Origin: a virus
Reading direction: 5' to 3' (one strand)
Virus record (IMG/VR): IMGVR_UViG_3300035162_004467
Location: 21,311 to 85,310 of that record
Length of the DNA: 64,000 nucleotides
A model generated the notes under the pieces. That model worked only from the letters and a program-made list of their open reading frames with translations, had not been told where the DNA came from and ran no database searches. A program made the translations under genes and the position numbers. This document shows, piece by piece, positions 29,475 to 38,339 of the stretch (its first letter is position 1; the number at the start of each line of letters is the position of its first letter).

Positions 29475-30174
29475 TCATAAAAGAGCATTTGATAAAACGA
29501 TATCTCTTTTTACTTATATTTCATCAGAAGATGAGGTAGAGATAACCTTGGGGGTTGTTGAACATTGCACTTCTGTTTTCGAATTTGATGATATAGTTAT
29601 CTGCTCAAAAATTCCTAATCTAGATACCTCTAAATTTGAAACACTTGGAGCTAGATTCGTTTTTGAAGATGACTTAGACTCCAGTTATGAATCCTATAAT
29701 TTTTTTAAACTTAATCGTTTAGATGATCATATAAAGACGGATTTTGTTTTGACGGTAGAAAATGATGGCTTTATCATTGATGCTTCACTTTGGAAAGATG
29801 AATTTCTTGATTATGATTACATCGCCCCCCCTTGGTATGACCCAGTAGATGATCCTAAATATAGAGTTGGGAATGGGGGCTTTTCTCTTAGAAGCAAGAA
29901 ATTATTGGAGGCAACTAAAATAATAACAGATTCTCGTGATGGCCCCTTTGGTAATGAAGATATATTCATTTGTTGGAAGTCGAAAAAAGTGCTGGAGTCC
30001 TTCTATAAAGTCAAATTTGCTCCAGTTGAGTTGGCAGCTGAATTCGGAGTTGAGAATAATCTTTGCCCAGAACAGAATCACGTTGTAATGGACAACCTCT
30101 CAACTTATGACACATTTGGGTTTCATGGTTTTGAACATATACCTTTGATGCATTCTACTTTTTTAAAAAAATAA
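29410..30174 (+). CDS. DUF5672-like GT-A fold protein
   Basis: LTVENDGF, FLDYDYIAPPW, VGNGGFSLRSK, NEDIF, FGFHG. Start uncertain (29383, 29386 or 29410). Confidence 0.8.
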   Translation: MLNKPSSINFFQKVASKNSKHNHKRAFDKTISLFTYISSEDEVEITLGVVEHCTSVFEFDDIVICSKIPNLDTSKFETLGARFVFEDDLDSSYESYNFFKLNRLDDHIKTDFVLTVENDGFIIDASLWKDEFLDYDYIAPPWYDPVDDPKYRVGNGGFSLRSKKLLEATKIITDSRDGPFGNEDIFICWKSKKVLESFYKVKFAPVELAAEFGVENNLCPEQNHVVMDNLSTYDTFGFHGFEHIPLMHSTFLKK

Positions 30175-30177
30175 GAT

Positions 30178-31206
30178 ATGAAAAAAATAATTATTACAGG
30201 AGTAACAGGGCAAGATGGTAGCTTCATGGCAGACTACCTTTTGAAGAATACTGAACATGCTATTGTCGCTGGAGTTCGACGTTTGAGTGTAAAAAACCAT
30301 GGTAACATTAATCATCTGGTAGATAATCCACGATTCAAGCTCATTGATCTTGACGTTGCAGATCAGGCTAATACAGAGGCAGTGATAGAAGAGGAGAAGC
30401 CAGATTACTTCATTAATTTCGCCGCTAATTCTTTTGTCGGTGTGAGTTGGAAAATGCCAGTTAATCACATGGAGACAAACGCGATGGCTGTTCTTTATCA
30501 ACTAGAAGCTATAAGGAAGCATCGCCCTAATTGCCGCTACTACAACGCTGGCTCCTCAGAGGAGTTTGGGGACGTTTTACATTCTCCTCAGTCAGAGCTT
30601 CATCCTTTGCGTCCAAGAAGCCCCTACGGGGTTTCTAAGGCTAGCGCGAGGCACATGGTAAAAGCATGGAGGGATTCTTATAACCTTTACGCTATTCAGG
30701 GCTGGTTATTCAACCACGAAGGAACTCGTCGCGGGGAAGAATTTGTTACCCGTAAGATCACCAAGAATGTCGCTCGTATCAAATACGAGTATATTTTAAA
30801 TGATTTTAAACCCCTTGAGTTAGGCAATATTGATGCGAAGAGAGACTGGAGCGATGCTGAAGATTTTGTTGAAGGCGTTTGGTTGATGCTCAACCAAGAG
30901 TACCCAAAAGAATACGTGCTTTCTTCAAACGAAACTCATACCATTCGTGAATTTGTTGAGGAGGCTTTTAATTTTGCAGGGTTTGGTTCCGAGAAGTGTC
31001 GTTGGGAAGGCCGTGGAGTTGATGAAAAATATTACCACGGAGATAAGGTGCTGGTGCAGATCAACCCTGAATTCTATCGTCCTGCTGAAGTAGACCTCCT
31101 TTTAGGAGATTCCTCATTAGCAAGAAGAGAGCTTAACTGGAACCCTCAGACTGATTTTCTAGAATTAGTCAGAAAAATGGTTGCACACGATCTCAGGGAG
31201 TGCTAA
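30178..31206 (+). CDS. gmd: GDP-mannose 4,6-dehydratase
   Basis: ITGVTGQDGS, PRSPYGVSK, LFNHEG, FVTRKIT, LGNIDAKRDW, RPAEVDLLLGD. Confidence 0.93.
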   Translation: MKKIIITGVTGQDGSFMADYLLKNTEHAIVAGVRRLSVKNHGNINHLVDNPRFKLIDLDVADQANTEAVIEEEKPDYFINFAANSFVGVSWKMPVNHMETNAMAVLYQLEAIRKHRPNCRYYNAGSSEEFGDVLHSPQSELHPLRPRSPYGVSKASARHMVKAWRDSYNLYAIQGWLFNHEGTRRGEEFVTRKITKNVARIKYEYILNDFKPLELGNIDAKRDWSDAEDFVEGVWLMLNQEYPKEYVLSSNETHTIREFVEEAFNFAGFGSEKCRWEGRGVDEKYYHGDKVLVQINPEFYRPAEVDLLLGDSSLARRELNWNPQTDFLELVRKMVAHDLREC

Positions 31207-31209
31207 CCT
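31181..31209 (+). promoter_or_regulatory. sigma70-like promoter of replication operon, probably leaderless
   Basis: TTGCAC-17 nt-(TGC)TAACCT; ATG begins 7 nt after the -10 hexamer. Confidence 0.5.
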
Positions 31210-31215
31210 AGATTC

Positions 31216-31662
31216 ATGCCAAGAGGTAAAAGGGAATGTCCAAAGTGTTCTGCTTCATGTTCTACCCGCGCTTCAGTGTGTGAGTGCGGTTTTAGTTTTA
31301 AAAGCCAAAAAAAAATACCCAAAAAGCCTACTTATTTTAAAGAGAGGCAACAGTTTATAAGGAAGATGCTGAATGATCAGTCTTCTATTGACTATAAACT
31401 GGATATGATCGCAGCTACAAAGCTGTTCAAGCATTTCAAAAATGAGGTTGACTTTTTGCTGAAGGTTAAAGCTCCTTTCAAGTTTGATCGTTCAATAAAA
31501 TATTTTTTATCCAAGGAGGGTTTAGATTATTTAGATAAAAAACATAAAGAGTTTCACTATAAGCCAAAAAACTCTGAGAAAATGGTTGACCAAAAGGTCA
31601 AATCAGGAGAGGATATGTTGATCGAAAAAAGAAAAACCCTGAGAGATTTTTTAGATGAGTAA
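31216..31662 (+). CDS. Basic protein with N-terminal zinc ribbon
   Basis: CPKC-x9-CECG; Lys-rich; first gene of the replication operon. Confidence 0.6.
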   Translation: MPRGKRECPKCSASCSTRASVCECGFSFKSQKKIPKKPTYFKERQQFIRKMLNDQSSIDYKLDMIAATKLFKHFKNEVDFLLKVKAPFKFDRSIKYFLSKEGLDYLDKKHKEFHYKPKNSEKMVDQKVKSGEDMLIEKRKTLRDFLDE

Positions 31663-32782
31663 GAAAAGTACGAAAGAAACAGTTGGGACTTCGGAATTCA
31701 TGTCGAAGTTTTTTAAGAGCAATAAAGATTACCATTACAACTACGAAGAAACTGCGAAACCTTATGTGGTTTCAACTGGCTCTCTAATTCTGGATCAGTT
31801 TGTAGGTGGTGGTCTTGGAGCTGGACTCCAGCGTTTTATTGGTTGCAATGAGGGGGGCAAAACAAATGAAGCACTTCATGTTATGAAGAATATGCTTGAG
31901 ACTGTAGAAAAAACAAAAGGTCTGTATATTAAAGCGGAAGGTCGTTTGTCAGAAGATATTCAAAAACGTTCTGGCTTGAAATTTGTGACCGACCCAGAAG
32001 ACTGGGAATTGGGTAATTGCCTTGTTTGGGAGTGCAATATTTATGATGTAGTTTTCGATGGCCTTAGAGAACTACTAAAGAATAACCCAGATAAAGAAAA
32101 ATTTTGCATTGTCATCGATAGTATGGATAGCTTGCTTCCTAAATCTGATCTAGAGAAGACCACCAGTGACGCAGCAAAAGTTGCAGCAGGTGCGTCTCTA
32201 ACTTCAGATTTCCTAAAGCGAGTTAGTCTTGGTATGGGTAAGTTTGGTCATATGTGCATTATGATCTCTCAGGTTCGGTCAACTATTAAAACGAGTCAGT
32301 ATGCGGCTAGTGATCCAAACAACCAAACTAATTCTAGCGGTGGCAATGCAGCTCTTCACTATCCAGACTGGATTATAAACTTCGAAAGAAGAAATCAGTC
32401 TGATTTGATTTTACAAGATCAAAAAGCAAGACCAAGCCCAGAGAATTCTATCATAGGCCATTATGCGAAAGTTCATATTCAGAAGTCTACGAATGAAAGC
32501 ACTGGGATGCGTATCCGTTACCCAATCAAGCATGGTCGTACTGACGGGAAGTCTATTTGGATTGAGCGAGAGATTATTGAAATGCTTTTAATGTGGAACT
32601 TCATTGAGAAGGCTGGTTCTTGGTTCAAGATTGATGATGAGCTTATTAAGTATCTCGCTGATAGGGGAGTTGAAGTTCAAGAGAAGTATCAGGGAATGAA
32701 ATCTCTCTATGACCTTTTGGAGAACAATGAAGAAACAGCCAAAGGAATGCACTTGTTTATTGCTGAGAATATTTTTGTATGA
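31655..32782 (+). CDS. recA: RecA/UvsX-like recombinase
   Basis: STGSLILD, GCNEGGKT (Walker A), IVIDS (Walker B), ISQVR, SGGNA, KAGSWF. Confidence 0.9.
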   Translation: MSKKSTKETVGTSEFMSKFFKSNKDYHYNYEETAKPYVVSTGSLILDQFVGGGLGAGLQRFIGCNEGGKTNEALHVMKNMLETVEKTKGLYIKAEGRLSEDIQKRSGLKFVTDPEDWELGNCLVWECNIYDVVFDGLRELLKNNPDKEKFCIVIDSMDSLLPKSDLEKTTSDAAKVAAGASLTSDFLKRVSLGMGKFGHMCIMISQVRSTIKTSQYAASDPNNQTNSSGGNAALHYPDWIINFERRNQSDLILQDQKARPSPENSIIGHYAKVHIQKSTNESTGMRIRYPIKHGRTDGKSIWIEREIIEMLLMWNFIEKAGSWFKIDDELIKYLADRGVEVQEKYQGMKSLYDLLENNEETAKGMHLFIAENIFV

Positions 32783-33186
32783 TTTTTCTGACGACAACTG
32801 GTCGTGAACAGAAGCTGAAAAACTCTTCGAAATATTTAATCAACTGGGACGAGAAATGTCGTAGTAAAATCCAAAAAAGAGTAAAAGACCTTTTGCACTC
32901 ACACTGGATCTCTGATATAGTTTTTGAAGAGTTCCCTGTTCTTGGGACTAGAATGACTATAGACTTCTACAACGCAAATAAAAAACTTGCAATAGAAGTC
33001 GATGGCAATCAGCATTACAAATATAATAAATTTTTCCATTCAAACTCTAGGCAGAATTTCTTGTCACAATTGCAGAGAGATGAGAAGAAGGAATATTTTT
33101 GCGAAATCAACAAAATTAGACTTGTAAGAATACTGGAGAAGGATACTCTCAATGAAGATCTGCTGAACAAGTTAGACGTAATATGA
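32779..33186 (+). CDS. DUF559/Vsr-like endonuclease
   Basis: IDFY...LAIEVDGNQH...RDEKK...LVRI. Confidence 0.8.
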   Translation: MIFLTTTGREQKLKNSSKYLINWDEKCRSKIQKRVKDLLHSHWISDIVFEEFPVLGTRMTIDFYNANKKLAIEVDGNQHYKYNKFFHSNSRQNFLSQLQRDEKKEYFCEINKIRLVRILEKDTLNEDLLNKLDVI

Positions 33187-33404
33187 ACTTTTTTGACAAA
33201 ACAGACAATACCTTACCTCAAAGCATTCTTACTAAATTGTTCGACTGCACTGGCTCCCCAAGTGGAGGAAACAAAGGGTTCTTCCTATTTTACATAAATG
33301 AAGTTGGTCATCCTACTCTCTCGACTAAAACAGACAATACTTGTGTTGATATGGCTCTCTCTAAATTAGTCGAAATATCTCAACAGCAGGAGGTGAGCGA
33401 ATGA
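33183..33404 (+). CDS. Hypothetical protein
   Basis: 73 aa, ATGA-coupled on both sides. Confidence 0.6.
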   Translation: MNFFDKTDNTLPQSILTKLFDCTGSPSGGNKGFFLFYINEVGHPTLSTKTDNTCVDMALSKLVEISQQQEVSE

Positions 33405-34948
33405 TAGCTAGCTTAGACTTAGAGAAGACGGTTTTAAAGGGACTTCTCCAACATCCCAATAAGTGGGCTGAAGCTTCAGTATTCTTAAATCAAAAAGATT
33501 TCTTTAGCGATGATTCTGTTGTAAACCTCTCTATCTTTAAACTCATCCGAAATGCTCTGGATAATGCAGAGACTATAGATGACACTATACTCATACCAAG
33601 GTTAGAACAACTCAAGGTTAGTTTCCCAGACAGCATCGATCTTCCAGAATACATACGGTCTTTGGTTTACCACAAGATAACCGAAGATATCTTTATTTCT
33701 TCGGTTAGAGAATTAAAGAAGTTCTCTGCTCGTAGAGAAATTTATCGTGCTGCGAAAGACGTTGCGTCTTACGTTAAGAAGGTAGACCCAAATCTCAAGT
33801 ATTCAGAGATTATTGACAAGTCAGACGAAATTTATAACAAGAATATAAAAGAGTTTGAGTTCAATGATGAAGGTCCAATCAACCTATTCGATATTATGGA
33901 AGAGTTGGTTGAAGGCAGGGGGAACAATCCGATTGAAGAAGCTGGTCTAATGGGGCCGCACCAACGCATCAATGATATTTACGGTTCTCTACTTTTAGAA
34001 GGTAACATCTCTGTTATTGTTGCTCGCTCTGGTGTTGGTAAAACTCAGTTCTGTATGGACTATACAATTAGAACTGGAGCTAAATACAATATCCCTATTC
34101 TTCACTTCGATAATGGAGAGATGAGTGAAGAAGAGTTAACTCTTCGCCAGTGTTCTGCAATGACAGGTATACCAATTTATCTTTTGCAAAGTGGTAAGTG
34201 GAGAACATCTAGTTATAAAGACTGGACTGTAGAACAGGTTATAGGAAAAGTTCGTAGTGCTTGGCAGCAGATTAAGGAAGGTAAGATGAAATTCTATTAC
34301 CAAAATGTTGCTGGTATGTCTGCTGAAGAGATGTGTTCTTATTTGAAAAGGTTTTATTACTCTAAAGTTGGTAGGGGGAATAAGATGATTTTTAGCTTTG
34401 ATTACATTAAAACAGACTTTAATAATCTGGGTAAAAACGAAGGTTGGCAACAAGTAGCCTCAATGGTTCATTTGTTTAAACAAACGATTCATAGGGATTT
34501 GTGTTTTGATGGCAAACCTTGCGTCTCAATGATGACTTCTGTTCAAGCGAATAGGCTTGGGATAACAGGGAATAGGGGAGTAGATTCGATAGTCGATGAT
34601 GAAAGCGTAGTCTCTCTTTCAGATGGCATCACTCAGTTTTGTTCTCATTTGTTTTTATTGAGGAAAAAAATACCAGATGAAGTTCATGAAGATGGAGATC
34701 GTTTCGGCACTCATAAGCTAGTTAACCTAAAGGCTCGGCACTTGGGTAAAGATGCCCTTCGTGCGATCAATCCTGTAGAAATGCCAGATGGCTCTAATCG
34801 TAAAAACTTCATCAACTTGAATATTGAAAACTTCAGGGTTGAGGAAAGGGGCGACCTTCAAGATGTTGTAAACTCTGCCAATAATATTGACGTTTCTTTG
34901 GAGACTAATGAAGAGAATGACGATATCCCAATGGTTCTTTCGCGATGA
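33401..34948 (+). CDS. dnaB: Replicative DNA helicase (DnaB family)
   Basis: N-terminal EKTVL domain, ARSGVGKT, GEMSEEE, FDYIK, VQANR, KARH. Confidence 0.9.
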   Translation: MIASLDLEKTVLKGLLQHPNKWAEASVFLNQKDFFSDDSVVNLSIFKLIRNALDNAETIDDTILIPRLEQLKVSFPDSIDLPEYIRSLVYHKITEDIFISSVRELKKFSARREIYRAAKDVASYVKKVDPNLKYSEIIDKSDEIYNKNIKEFEFNDEGPINLFDIMEELVEGRGNNPIEEAGLMGPHQRINDIYGSLLLEGNISVIVARSGVGKTQFCMDYTIRTGAKYNIPILHFDNGEMSEEELTLRQCSAMTGIPIYLLQSGKWRTSSYKDWTVEQVIGKVRSAWQQIKEGKMKFYYQNVAGMSAEEMCSYLKRFYYSKVGRGNKMIFSFDYIKTDFNNLGKNEGWQQVASMVHLFKQTIHRDLCFDGKPCVSMMTSVQANRLGITGNRGVDSIVDDESVVSLSDGITQFCSHLFLLRKKIPDEVHEDGDRFGTHKLVNLKARHLGKDALRAINPVEMPDGSNRKNFINLNIENFRVEERGDLQDVVNSANNIDVSLETNEENDDIPMVLSR

Positions 34949-35994
34949 CTGATTACAGATCTATTTTAGAGGACTTAGGTTATAAGCTAAAAGACCACGG
35001 CTCTTATTGGAGAACTAGTGCAGTCTACAGGTCTGGGGGCAATAATACTGCCCTTCAAATTTACAAAGACACTGGAGTCTGGAAAGATTATGTGGAGGAT
35101 TCTATATTCCTTCCGTTTGAAGCGTTACTTCAAAAAACTCTCAATACAAACGATAAGAATGTTTTAAGTTCTTATTTAAAGACTGATGGTGTAAATATAT
35201 ATGAACGCACCAAAAAAAAGCATCTTTTGAGTGAGGAAAAAACATACCCAGACACTTGTTTGAATAGGCTATTGCCTCATTATGATTTTTATTTTAATAG
35301 AGGAATCTCAGAAGATACTCTCAAAAAATTTAAATGTGGGCTAGCTATGTCTGGCAAAATGTATCAGCGAGTTATATTCCCTATCTCACGCTCTGATGGT
35401 AAGATACATGGGTTTTCAGGTCGCAAGGTAACAGATGACCCTAGACCTAAGTGGTTACACAATGGGCGTTGTTCAGACTGGTTCTATCCTTACTATACTA
35501 TAGATGATGTTGCTGCTGCAATTCAGGAGCATCGTTGCGTATATGTCGTAGAATCTATTGGAGACTGTATTTCTTTGTTTGATGCTGGAGTCAAAAATGT
35601 TCTTGTTTCTTTTGGGTTGAATATTTCGCCAAAGTTTATTTCTAAACTACATGGCTTGCCTTTGGATAAAGTCATCATTGCTTTTAATAATGATTTTAAT
35701 TCAGGTTCCAACAGAGGATTTGAAGGTTCGATCAAGTCTATATTTAAACTCTGTGATCAAATTGATTTTGACAAAGTATTCTTTTCTCCTCCTCCAGAAA
35801 ATGACTTTGGGGACATGAGCGAGAAGCAAATACATAAATATGTTGAATATTGTGCGTCGATTCAGCATAATGAATCGATGGCTAACGTTATTGATTTCGC
35901 CAAAGAGATGAATAAGCGAGGAGTCAACAAAACTTTCTCTAGTAATTTGAGAAAGCTTGAAAAGAAATTCGACTTCCATTATGGAGAAATCTGA
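34945..35994 (+). CDS. dnaG: DNA primase (DnaG-like, TOPRIM)
   Basis: RGIS, RVIFPI, GFSGR, PKWLH, VVESIGD, AFNND, NDFGD. Confidence 0.85.
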   Translation: MTDYRSILEDLGYKLKDHGSYWRTSAVYRSGGNNTALQIYKDTGVWKDYVEDSIFLPFEALLQKTLNTNDKNVLSSYLKTDGVNIYERTKKKHLLSEEKTYPDTCLNRLLPHYDFYFNRGISEDTLKKFKCGLAMSGKMYQRVIFPISRSDGKIHGFSGRKVTDDPRPKWLHNGRCSDWFYPYYTIDDVAAAIQEHRCVYVVESIGDCISLFDAGVKNVLVSFGLNISPKFISKLHGLPLDKVIIAFNNDFNSGSNRGFEGSIKSIFKLCDQIDFDKVFFSPPPENDFGDMSEKQIHKYVEYCASIQHNESMANVIDFAKEMNKRGVNKTFSSNLRKLEKKFDFHYGEI

Positions 35995-37027
35995 AAATAA
36001 GCCCTTATCAGCATCTCGCATCAAAACGATGCAAACCTGCACTTGGCAATATTGGGCGAAGTATCACTTGCGTTTGCCAGACAAGTCTAATCACGGCTCT
36101 CTTCGTGGAACCATTTGTCACGCAGTATTTGAGAATCTAGGAAATCCTCGTCATAGAAAGCACTATAGAGCGATTATAAAGGCTCAAGATATAAATGTCA
36201 GTTCTTCGATCAAGAGAATGGTGGAAGCTTATGCCAAAAAGTATGAGATAGACGATTTCGAAAATATGGATTTGATCAACAAGATGACAGTTGAGGGTCT
36301 AAATTTTGATTTCTTTGGAGACACAGATAGTAAGCCCACAGAATCCATCTCTGAGAAAGATTTCGATATATCTGTAGCAGATGGAGATAAAAACTATAGA
36401 ATCTTAGGATTTATTGACAAACTCTTTTTGTTCAAGAGGAGGAAGACTGCTATCATTAGAGACTTTAAAACTTCTAAAAGTATTTTTGAGGGCAAAGAGT
36501 ATTCGGACAATATGCAGGACTACATGTATTGCCTTGCGGTAAAATATCTATACCCAGAATACCTAAAACGCAAGATGGAATTTTTATTTTTAAAATTTGA
36601 CCTTGAAGGGGAAGGTTGTTTGGAAATGCAACCACTAGACGACTTAGATTTAGAGGGCTTCGAATACTTCTTAACTGACATCCAAAAAGTCATCAATAAC
36701 TTTAATGAAAAAACAGCCGTAAGTGGACTTGCTTGGGACAAGGGATACCCTGCAAAAGAAGATGGGTTTGCGGGTAAGATTGTTTGCGGTAGGGCGACTT
36801 ACGTTGGTCAGTTAAAAAAGAATGGAGACTTGATGTGGCATTGTCCGTTTAAGTTCCCATTTGATTATTATCATCTACTTGGCGACAACGATAAGTTCAT
36901 TAAATCCTCTTATGTCAAAAAAGACTTGCAATACATGCTCGACGAAGGAGTGGGAACTCATATCGAAAGCAAAAAATATTCAGGATGCCCTTCTTTTTCA
37001 TTTGACAAGTCGGTAGATCTTATTTAG
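35981..37027 (+). CDS. Cas4/RecB-like PD-(D/E)xK exonuclease
   Basis: LSASRI...C, GTICH, GFIDKL, IRDFKTS, QDYMY; one N-terminal and three C-terminal Cys. Confidence 0.85.
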   Translation: MEKSENKPLSASRIKTMQTCTWQYWAKYHLRLPDKSNHGSLRGTICHAVFENLGNPRHRKHYRAIIKAQDINVSSSIKRMVEAYAKKYEIDDFENMDLINKMTVEGLNFDFFGDTDSKPTESISEKDFDISVADGDKNYRILGFIDKLFLFKRRKTAIIRDFKTSKSIFEGKEYSDNMQDYMYCLAVKYLYPEYLKRKMEFLFLKFDLEGEGCLEMQPLDDLDLEGFEYFLTDIQKVINNFNEKTAVSGLAWDKGYPAKEDGFAGKIVCGRATYVGQLKKNGDLMWHCPFKFPFDYYHLLGDNDKFIKSSYVKKDLQYMLDEGVGTHIESKKYSGCPSFSFDKSVDLI

Positions 37028-37030
37028 GAT
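37002..37030 (+). promoter_or_regulatory. sigma70-like promoter, probably leaderless
   Basis: TTGACA-17 nt-TAGGAT; ATG 37037 begins 7 nt after the -10 hexamer. Confidence 0.6.
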
Positions 37031-37036
37031 CTAGCC

Positions 37037-37738
37037 ATGGTTCCTCTTTTTAAGAGTCAATTCAGTGTAGGAAAGTCTATCCTCACCTCAGAGAAAATAT
37101 TAGACATAGCTAAAATAAACCAATTAGAAAAGGTTGTTTTATTGGAGGATACTTTTTATGGGTTTAGGGTATTCAATAAGCTCTTTCAGGAGGAAGGAAT
37201 CCCTCTTGTTTTTGGATTGAGAATATCTGTTGTTAATACGGATGGAGATTTTAATGAAAAACCTAGCAAGCTAGCTATTTTTGCAAAAAATAATCAAGGA
37301 ATACAAGATTTAAAGAGGATATCTTCTAATGCAGCTTTGAATGATCGGAACTCTCTAGTCTTGTCTGAATATGGCGAAAGTGATTTTGAGAATCTAAAGG
37401 TTTGCGTCCCCTTCTACGATTCTTATGTATTTAATAATTTATTCCACTTTGGGCTATCCCACATAGATATTAAACATTTAGATCCAGTTTACTTTATCGA
37501 AGATAATAATCACCCATTTGATTTCCAAATCAAGTCTGTTATTGACAATCTGGGAGTAAAAACTCAAACTGCAAAAACAATCCTCCACCACAACAAAGAT
37601 GAATTTGAGGCTTTGCAAATGTATAAGGCTTCTTGTAGTAGATCTCAAGGACGAGCGCCTACTTTTCAAAGACCAAACTTAGACCACTTCTGTTCAGATA
37701 ATTTCTGTTGGGAGTCTTATAAAGATGTTACCGTATAA
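37037..37738 (+). CDS. Stand-alone PHP domain of DNA polymerase III alpha
   Basis: FKSQFSVGKSIL, FGLRI, FAKNNQGIQDLKRISS match the DnaE N-terminal PHP pattern; metal-binding His residues absent. Confidence 0.75.
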   Translation: MVPLFKSQFSVGKSILTSEKILDIAKINQLEKVVLLEDTFYGFRVFNKLFQEEGIPLVFGLRISVVNTDGDFNEKPSKLAIFAKNNQGIQDLKRISSNAALNDRNSLVLSEYGESDFENLKVCVPFYDSYVFNNLFHFGLSHIDIKHLDPVYFIEDNNHPFDFQIKSVIDNLGVKTQTAKTILHHNKDEFEALQMYKASCSRSQGRAPTFQRPNLDHFCSDNFCWESYKDVTV

Positions 37739-38339
37739 TCAAAAATATTTAGTATTCGATACTGAGACGGAGGGTTTGAATCTTCATTCTTCTCGCACTT
37801 GGCAAGTCTCTTGGCTTATATGTCAGGGAGGTAGGGTTTTGAAAGAAAATGATCGGTATATAAACCACAACAATCTACAGATAAATTCAGTTGTAGCTAA
37901 ATTAACGGGTTTTTCTTGGGAAGAATATGATCGAAGGAAGGAGCCTTTGAAAAATGTCTGGTCTGATTTTAAAAAAGATTTATTCAATCCTGAGTATAAG
38001 GTTGTTGGTCAAAATTTATTAGGTTTTGATGTTTATATGGTAGCAGCGATGCAAAGAGCTTTGGGTGAGATCCCAGACTATAGTTACTTAGAAAGAATTT
38101 ACGATACTAGAGCTTTCGGCAAGGCTTACAGGGAAGATCTTGGCAAACCCAAGAAGGATTTATTGAGTTGGCAGTATAAGATAATTCATGACCGATCCCT
38201 CAAGGCGAGAGTTTCTCAAAATCAGTTGCTCAAATTCTTCGGTATAGAATTTGAGGAAGATAAACTGCATGATGCCTTATATGATAACAAGATGTGCTTT
38301 AAGGTTTTTTCTGCACTTAAAAAAGAAATGAATTTGTGA
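37725..38339 (+). CDS. DEDDh 3'-5' exonuclease (Pol III epsilon-like)
   Basis: FDTETEGL, GQNLLGFD, IYDT, LHDALYD. Confidence 0.9.
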   Translation: MLPYNQKYLVFDTETEGLNLHSSRTWQVSWLICQGGRVLKENDRYINHNNLQINSVVAKLTGFSWEEYDRRKEPLKNVWSDFKKDLFNPEYKVVGQNLLGFDVYMVAAMQRALGEIPDYSYLERIYDTRAFGKAYREDLGKPKKDLLSWQYKIIHDRSLKARVSQNQLLKFFGIEFEEDKLHDALYDNKMCFKVFSALKKEMNL

